The position numbers and the translations under genes were made by a program. Shown here piece by piece: positions 49,825-54,912 of a DNA stretch of 54,912 nt. Under the pieces are notes generated by a model that was given only the letters and a program-made list of their open reading frames with translations, searched no databases and had not been told where the DNA came from. The DNA comes from an uncultured Thermotogae bacterium (GTDB lineage Bacteria; Bipolaricaulota; Bipolaricaulia; M55B111). The stretch covers positions 1 through 54,912 of the forward strand of contig CAZTJJ010000006.1 of NCBI GenBank assembly GCA_964614065.1. Direction: 5' to 3'. Positions within the stretch are counted from its first letter, which is position 1, and the number at the start of each line of letters is the position of its first letter.

Positions 49825-50085
49825 TTAGCAAACCTCCCGTTCAAGATTCTTTGTTTCTGCAATAATCTTTCTATAAATCTCCGTGATCTGCTCGTCACTA
49901 AAAGGTCCTCCGTTCATTTTTTTCACGCCTGTAATGACCTCCTCTTCCCGAGAACTGTCAACGATATCGAGATCAAATCGCTTTTTCTGATCTCCTATTT
50001 CCAACGCAACTTTAGCCCGATTGTTTAACAACCCGACTATTTTTCTGTCGATTTTGTCTATCTGTCTCCGCAAATCTTCTATCAT
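49825..50085 (-). CDS. Chorismate mutase (AroQ class)
   Basis: IEDLRRQIDKIDRKIVGLLNNRAKVALEIGDQKK matches the AroQ CM helix-1 signature. RBS GGAGGAGG precedes the ATG at 50085; the ORF track extends it to 50112. Confidence 0.8.
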   Translation of the reverse strand: MIEDLRRQIDKIDRKIVGLLNNRAKVALEIGDQKKRFDLDIVDSSREEEVITGVKKMNGGPFSDEQITEIYRKIIAETKNLEREVC

Positions 50086-50100
50086 ATCCTCCTCCACAAC

Positions 50101-50128
50101 AAAAAAGACCACAGGAAACCTGCAGTCT
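50101..50128 (-). terminator. Intrinsic terminator/attenuator in the aromatic-operon leader: AGACUGCAGG-UUUC-CCUGUGGUCU followed by UUUUUU
   Basis: 10-bp stem (two G·U pairs) plus a T6 tract, ending 3 nt before the RBS GGAGGAGG of chorismate mutase. Seen directly in the sequence. Confidence 0.7.
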
Positions 50129-50168
50129 AGTTACGATCTAAAGCCTAACTTGGAGGAAGGGCCTTAGA

Positions 50169-50294
50169 TCAACTTACAAAATAAAAATAGCCAAAAAAAT
50201 GAGTAATTGTGTTAGTGAGTGAGGTAGAAAGGGCGGGTGCCAAAGACGTAGGCTTGCTTCTGTATAGGTTTAATTCCAACTCTTTCTCACTCAT
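50169..50294 (-). CDS. Putative Phe/Tyr-rich leader peptide of the aromatic operon (MSEKELELNLYRSKPTSLAPALSTSLTNTITHFFGYFYFVS)
   Basis: A 41-codon ORF starting 9 nt after the TATAAT -10, so near-leaderless. Its last 9 codons include 4 Phe and 2 Tyr. Its stop overlaps the 5' arm of an 11-bp hairpin (GATCTAAGGCC…GGCTTTAGATC), with the terminator ~40 nt downstream. Confidence 0.55.
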   Translation of the reverse strand: MSEKELELNLYRSKPTSLAPALSTSLTNTITHFFGYFYFVS

Positions 50295-50303
50295 AATATA
50301 GTG

Positions 50304-50332
50304 ATTATATCAAGGGTATCCTGAAGGGTCAA
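50304..50332 (-). promoter_or_regulatory. Sigma-70-type promoter of the aromatic operon: TTGACC, 17-nt spacer, TATAAT
   Basis: Near-consensus -35 and perfect -10 with a 17-nt spacer on the minus strand, ~220 nt upstream of the chorismate mutase start. Confidence 0.65.
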
Positions 50333-50505
50333 CCCTATCAAGAAGGTTAAGGTTAAATTCTTGCCTAAACTGAACTAAGTTCGGCTTATCAGGTGACTCT
50401 AACCCATGGCAACAAAGAGCCTACCCGGCCTACAAACGTAGAACCATCAACCTGTCTTACCTCTACCTCCATATCTCTCTTCAAATCGAATTCTGATTTC
50501 TATAA

Positions 50506-50988
50506 TCAGTCCACCCTCTCTTCAACAGCAGCAATAGCCTGACCCCCTACACCATCTCCACTACCAATAAATCCCATTTTCTCAGGCGTTGTGGCTTTAA
50601 TGTTTACCGGAGCACTCACAATTCTTTCGATATTCTCCACCATCTCCTCCCGTCGCGAGCTAATATTAGGCTCCTGTAACACAAGCGTAGAGTCAACGTT
50701 CCTCACCTTATATCCTGCCCCCGCAATCTTTTTTACCACCTTGCTCAGCAGCTTTAGACTGGATATATTATGATACGCAGGGTCGTTGTCGGGAAAGTGA
50801 ACACCGATATCACCCAGTCCAGCAGCTCCTAGTATTGCATCGCAAATGGCATGAATCAAAACGTCACCGTCGGAGAAAGCAACGGTTCCCTTGGGAAAAT
50901 CGTACTCAACACCTCCCAGGATAAGGCTTTCGCCACGCTTTAGTTTATGGAAATCAAGGCCCAGACCGACCCTTATCGGATTAGCCAT
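50506..50988 (-). CDS. ispF: 2-C-methyl-D-erythritol 2,4-cyclodiphosphate synthase
   Basis: RVGLGLDFHKL…DGDVLIHAICDAILGA signature; 160 aa. Confidence 0.9.
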   Translation of the reverse strand: MANPIRVGLGLDFHKLKRGESLILGGVEYDFPKGTVAFSDGDVLIHAICDAILGAAGLGDIGVHFPDNDPAYHNISSLKLLSKVVKKIAGAGYKVRNVDSTLVLQEPNISSRREEMVENIERIVSAPVNIKATTPEKMGFIGSGDGVGGQAIAAVEERVD

Positions 50989-51502
50989 CGTTAAATAAAA
51001 TCTCCTTCAAAACCTGTTTCACTTCCCCCTTCGAGAACCCACGACGGATTAAAAACGAAGAAGTTTTTCTGTACTTGGCCTTTACGTCCTCGCCTTCATA
51101 ACGTTTCACCCGCTTTTTAGCAAGATCTCTGCATGCTTTTAACCCATCCAAATCCGATAGCTTCCGATCCAACACCTCTTTGGCCGTCCGGGGATTCACG
51201 CCATGATCAAGTAATTGTTTGTAGAGGCCAGAACGGCCAGTTGGCTTATTTTGAAGGCGATCCTCGACAAAATATTGTGCGAACAACTCATCATCAAGGT
51301 TTCCAGTTCTTTTAGCCCAGTCAATCAATCTGGAAATAACCTCTTCAGAAAAGTCTTTGTCTTTAAGTCGATTTTTGGCTTCTTCTTCCGTCCTAGGGCG
51401 GTATTTTAGCAGTAGCCGCAAGTAGGATCGGGCCCGCTCGAACTCTTCGATGTTCGAAGAACCCTCTTGATTATTCGTCCGATTCTTCTTCTGTGGATTC
51501 AT
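50981..51502 (-). CDS. recX: Recombination regulator RecX
   Basis: Immediately downstream of, and overlapping, recA; RecX three-helix repeats (…RARSYLRLLLKYRPRTEEEAKNRL…); 173 aa. Confidence 0.8.
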   Translation of the reverse strand: MNPQKKNRTNNQEGSSNIEEFERARSYLRLLLKYRPRTEEEAKNRLKDKDFSEEVISRLIDWAKRTGNLDDELFAQYFVEDRLQNKPTGRSGLYKQLLDHGVNPRTAKEVLDRKLSDLDGLKACRDLAKKRVKRYEGEDVKAKYRKTSSFLIRRGFSKGEVKQVLKEILFNDG

Positions 51503-52517
51503 CGTCAGACGAGTCCGAATCCGAATCGCCTACACGCAAACCTGCAGTTTTTCTAATCTTCCTCTCTATTTCCTCGGCAATTTGCTCGTTTTCTTCGAGA
51601 AACTCTTGACAATTATCCATACCTTGACCCAGCTTGGTATCTCCATAGGAGTACCATGAACCATTTCGTTCCACTATATCGTACTCCTCGCCAAGATCAA
51701 CCAATTCCCGAGCTCGTGATATTCCCTTGCCGTAAATGATGTCAAAGCTTGCCTCTTTAAACGGGGGTGCAACTTTATTCTTGACCACTCGTACAGTAGT
51801 GGAATTACCGATCTTTTCGTTATTCCTTTCCAGGGTTTTGGTGATGTAAATATTCAAACGTAACGAACTGTAAAATTTGAGGGCTCTGCCACCGGAAGTA
51901 GTAGTAGATGGCCCCCAAGGCGAGTTGCTAATACGCGATCTAATTTGATTGGTGAATACCACCGTAGTTCGAGACTGAGATATCGCACCCGCAAGTTTCC
52001 GCATGGCCTGAGACATTAACCTAGCCTGCAAGCCAACTTGAGAATCGCCCATATCGCCCTCAAGCTCAGCCTGAGGCACAAGAGCTGCAACCGAATCAAT
52101 GGCGACCATGTCCAGGGCACCACTACGAATAAGCTTTTCAGTAATTTCCAGAGCCTCTTCCCCAGAGTTCGGTTGGCTAAGCAATAACCTATCTAGCTTT
52201 ACACCTATTGCTTTAGAGTACTTTGGATCCAGTGCGTGTTCGGCGTCAACAAATGCTGCAGCTCCATCCTTTTTGTGGACTTCGGCCAGCATGTGCAAGG
52301 CCAGCGTTGTTTTACCACTGGATTCTTTTCCAAATATCTCCACAATCCTTCCCCTGGGCACTCCTCCGGCACCAAGCGCTATGTCAAGAGCCAGAGAACC
52401 ACTTGGAGTTACATCAACTTCCAACGCTTGCTCGTCTCCCATCCACATTATCGAACCTTCACCGTGATCCTTCTTGATCTTATCTAAAGTACTGTTTAGA
52501 ACTTCTTCTCTACCCAT
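51471..52517 (-). CDS. recA: Recombinase RecA
   Basis: Walker A GKESSGKTTLAL, L1/L2 loops and an acidic C-terminal tail; 348 aa. Confidence 0.95.
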   Translation of the reverse strand: MGREEVLNSTLDKIKKDHGEGSIMWMGDEQALEVDVTPSGSLALDIALGAGGVPRGRIVEIFGKESSGKTTLALHMLAEVHKKDGAAAFVDAEHALDPKYSKAIGVKLDRLLLSQPNSGEEALEITEKLIRSGALDMVAIDSVAALVPQAELEGDMGDSQVGLQARLMSQAMRKLAGAISQSRTTVVFTNQIRSRISNSPWGPSTTTSGGRALKFYSSLRLNIYITKTLERNNEKIGNSTTVRVVKNKVAPPFKEASFDIIYGKGISRARELVDLGEEYDIVERNGSWYSYGDTKLGQGMDNCQEFLEENEQIAEEIERKIRKTAGLRVGDSDSDSSDDESTEEESDE

Positions 52518-52601
52518 AGAACCACCTTTTGTTATTGATCAAATTGTATAAACGACTTTCAACAAAGATTAAAACTCAGAAAACAAGTTACAATTTCCAC
52601 T

Positions 52602-53045
52602 TCAGTGCCATTGTCCCACGGTTAGATCGTAACTCAGCAGTTCTTCAGCGGTAAAGAAAAGGCCTATCTCTCTTTCCGCCGACTCTTTTGAATCCGAACC
52701 GTGAATTAAATTTTTGGTAAGGTCCAACCCGTAATCTCCCCGAATTGTCCCTGGATCGGCTTCGAAAGGATTGGTTGCCCCCATCATCTTTCTCAACACG
52801 CTTATCGCTTGTTTACCTTCAACAACCATGGCAACAATCGGGCTGGACGTAATAAAACGAAACAGATCGGAAAAGAACTCTTTATCCAAATGCTCCGCGT
52901 AATGTTCCCTGGCTAGTTCTTCCTCCACCTCCATCATCTTCATGCCCACTATCTTTAGACCCTTTTTTTCAATTCTATCTATCAATTGCCCCACCAACCC
53001 TCGTTGTATCGCATCAGGTTTCAACAATACCAAACTGCGTTCCAT
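52602..53045 (-). CDS. ndk: Nucleoside diphosphate kinase
   Basis: MERSLVLLKPDAIQRGLVG and the active-site NxxHGSD (LIHGSDS); 147 aa. Confidence 0.95.
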   Translation of the reverse strand: MERSLVLLKPDAIQRGLVGQLIDRIEKKGLKIVGMKMMEVEEELAREHYAEHLDKEFFSDLFRFITSSPIVAMVVEGKQAISVLRKMMGATNPFEADPGTIRGDYGLDLTKNLIHGSDSKESAEREIGLFFTAEELLSYDLTVGQWH

Positions 53046-53190
53046 CGATGAAAAACCTCCATTTCAAGTTATGTAACTCTCTGAATTGAGACTAACATCT
53101 AATACAGAAGTCAAGACAAATTTGCTAATAATGATTCTTCTCAATATTTTCATCCAACGAATCTTGTTAGCGAAAAAAACAAACTTTTTA

Positions 53191-53240
53191 CCAAAACTTG
53201 CCGAGAAAGCCCCGTCCCTTGGGGCGGGGTTCTTGACTCA
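53191..53240 (-). repeat. Intergenic modular element, copy E (archetype, contiguous): AGTCAAGAA-[GC hairpin CCCCGCCCCAAGGGACGGGGC]-TTTCTCGGCAAGTTTTGG (read on minus strand)
   Basis: Lies between the dprA stop (53248) and the ndk start (53045). Hairpin is 10 bp with a CTTG tetraloop. Both modules match the other four copies. Confidence 0.55.
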
Positions 53241-53247
53241 ATCCAAT

Positions 53248-54348
53248 TTATTTTACTTTTGCCCACAAATTACCTTCCAATCTTTCCACTAAGTCGTTCA
53301 TCTCTAACTGAAAAATTATATGGGATAACCTAGCCGGTGGAAAGTCAGCTTGCTCCACGATATCGTTGAAATGTATTGGATCGTAATCGAGAAGGGAGTA
53401 AACCTTACTTTGTTCCTCACCAAGATCACCTACCCTCTCCTGGTGATCCTCCTCCTCAAGCGGCAGGGCCAATTGCAAATCGCGAAACTCTTCGATAACG
53501 TCAGAAGAATCTTCTACAAGCTTCGCTCCATCTTTAATCAGTTGATGGGTTCCTTTCATAGACGGACGTCTGACATCCCCGGGGACAGCGAACACCTCTC
53601 TTCCTTGTTCTAAGCCATTTCTTGCAGTGATTAGCGCACCGCTCTTCTCGGGTGCTTCAACGACGATCACACCGCGGGAAAGTCCACTTATAATTCGATT
53701 TCTTTGCGGAAAGGACCACCTAGTAGGTCCTTGATCAAGGGGGAACTCAGTAAACACGGCTCCCTGCTCAGCTATTCGTCGCATCAAATTCGCATTACTC
53801 TGCGGGTATGGATTTCCAAAACCGGTCCCCATTACAGCCACGGTTCTTCCCCCAGCGTTAATTGCAGCCTGGTGGCTAAAAGTGTCGATACCCAAAGCCA
53901 TACCGCTAACCACTGTAAATCCGGCCTTCACTAACTCGCTGGACAGTTTTTCAGCCACTCGTTTCCCGTAGTTAGAATACTTTCTGGTACCCACCATGGC
54001 AATACTCAATTGATCAAGATTTTCGTATTCTCCTTTACAGTAAAGAAGAGGTGGGGGTTTATCGATAGCCCTTAAAGACTCAGGATAACCGTCATCTTCC
54101 AGGCTGAGGAATTGTAGGCCAAGATCCTCAGACCGACGAAGTTCTTTGTCAACTTCATCAGGGTCCCTAGCTTCACAGAATTCAGCCGCTACATCTTCAA
54201 ACCCGTTGATATTTCTGATATCCGACTCAGAGGCTTTCCAGATTGACTCCACATTTGGAAAGCAACTCAACAAAATATGAAATCGGCGTGGAGTTATTGC
54301 CGAATTCATATTGATTCCAACCCAGTACCTCCTTGTGCTTCCATCCAT
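53248..54348 (-). CDS. dprA: DNA-processing protein DprA (Smf)
   Basis: Rossmann-like DprA core (VVSGMALGIDTFSHQAAINAGGRTVAVMGTG) plus C-terminal winged-helix region; 366 aa. Confidence 0.9.
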   Translation of the reverse strand: MDGSTRRYWVGINMNSAITPRRFHILLSCFPNVESIWKASESDIRNINGFEDVAAEFCEARDPDEVDKELRRSEDLGLQFLSLEDDGYPESLRAIDKPPPLLYCKGEYENLDQLSIAMVGTRKYSNYGKRVAEKLSSELVKAGFTVVSGMALGIDTFSHQAAINAGGRTVAVMGTGFGNPYPQSNANLMRRIAEQGAVFTEFPLDQGPTRWSFPQRNRIISGLSRGVIVVEAPEKSGALITARNGLEQGREVFAVPGDVRRPSMKGTHQLIKDGAKLVEDSSDVIEEFRDLQLALPLEEEDHQERVGDLGEEQSKVYSLLDYDPIHFNDIVEQADFPPARLSHIIFQLEMNDLVERLEGNLWAKVK

Positions 54349-54424
54349 TTTTTTTCACCTTACTATTTAAATAAAAATTGTTACGGGTAGTCAAACGATT
54401 TTCAACGTAAAATGGCAAGAGAAT

Positions 54425-54703
54425 CTAAAAATAATAATGAAAACCGCTTCCAAATGTCATGCCAAAGTCGTCTATCGCCCTACCTTGAACCCCAAATTCA
54501 AGGTTCACCTGAAATATCTGGAAGAATATATTGAAACTGATGCCTCCTGTACCAATAACGGAGATATACCCTGGTGAGTCACCGTAGCTATCAAAATTGT
54601 ACGCCGCACCTCCAGCCAAGTAAAAGTTCACCACTTTAGCGTTAGTAAGACTGGTAAGAACGCGTCCCGCCCCTCCACGACCCAATCTATCTTGACAATG
54701 CAA
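54425..54703 (-). CDS. Hypothetical small Gly-rich protein with an OMP-like C-terminal aromatic motif (…GSGFHYYF)
   Basis: ORF only. Apparent TTG start with no signal peptide, so it may be the remnant of, or the C-terminus of, a beta-barrel OMP gene. Confidence 0.3.
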   Translation of the reverse strand: MHCQDRLGRGGAGRVLTSLTNAKVVNFYLAGGAAYNFDSYGDSPGYISVIGTGGISFNIFFQIFQVNLEFGVQGRAIDDFGMTFGSGFHYYF

Positions 54704-54874
54704 CTAAATTGTGATATCATAATGAAAATTGTTTAGTTTACTGGCATTATTGATACATAAATCGTATAGTAACCGGCTAGGAATAAGGGAATTGTCAGAA
54801 AACAAATACAAACTAGTTGCAAGTGTCACACGAACATAAATAAAGATGCTCACACCCCCTCGGCGGAGCATTCA

Positions 54875-54908
54875 GGCAAGTTCGACCTCCCCTCCGGTCG
54901 AACTTGCC
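54875..54908. repeat. Perfect 13-bp inverted repeat GGCAAGTTCGACC-TCCCCTCC-GGTCGAACTTGCC at the window edge
   Basis: Seen directly in the sequence. Contains the GGCAAGTT string that also occurs in the CTCGGCAAGTTTTGG module. Confidence 0.4.
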
Positions 54909-54912
54909 TACC

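Noticed and set aside
50086-50300. T-box riboswitch in the aromatic operon leader.
   Set aside because: No AGGGUGGNACCGCG T-box sequence, specifier loop or AG-bulge was found. The leader instead has a Phe/Tyr-rich peptide ORF plus terminator, which fits peptide-mediated attenuation.

Overview
This is a 54.9-kb bacterial chromosomal segment, moderate GC, densely packed with housekeeping genes. It opens with the 3' portion of a tRNA-Glu(CUC). The gene order is ftsH, dxr, a Cys-rich hypothetical, murJ, a phosphodiester glycosidase, rplI, a 730-bp ORF-free gap, folP, and a ribE-ribBA-ribH-hisS unit with no ribD. This is followed by yidC-jag-mnmE, a group-3 sigma factor, radC, and two tandem archaeal-type purP paralogs upstream of guaA. 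Next come an Lrp/Crp/histidine-kinase/response-regulator block, the four-subunit porGDAB pyruvate:ferredoxin oxidoreductase, a membrane-domain::TagA fusion, recJ, secF, rpsT and pepD. A family-1 encapsulin with an EncFtn cargo gene sits ahead of FAH-family, ferredoxin and SDR genes. A complete minus-strand shikimate/aromatic operon follows (chorismate mutase, DAHP synthase, tyrA, aroA/E/C/K/B/Q and an aminotransferase), then ispF, recX-recA, ndk and dprA. There are no transposases, integrases or CRISPR arrays. Two observations stand out. First, a near-leaderless 41-codon leader peptide ending HFFGYFYFVS lies between a consensus sigma-70 promoter and a strong intrinsic terminator just upstream of the aromatic operon, which looks like a classic Phe/Tyr attenuator. 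Second, a modular GC-hairpin plus 'CTCGGCAAGTTTTGGTA' element occurs five times in intergenic spacers, always in the orientation of the flanking genes, and one copy is split by a ~120-bp insertion flanked by 6-bp direct repeats. Other points worth a second look are the ORF-free region upstream of folP, a rib operon with no ribD and no recognisable FMN riboswitch, tandem purP copies in a bacterium, and a perfect 13-bp hairpin at the window end.
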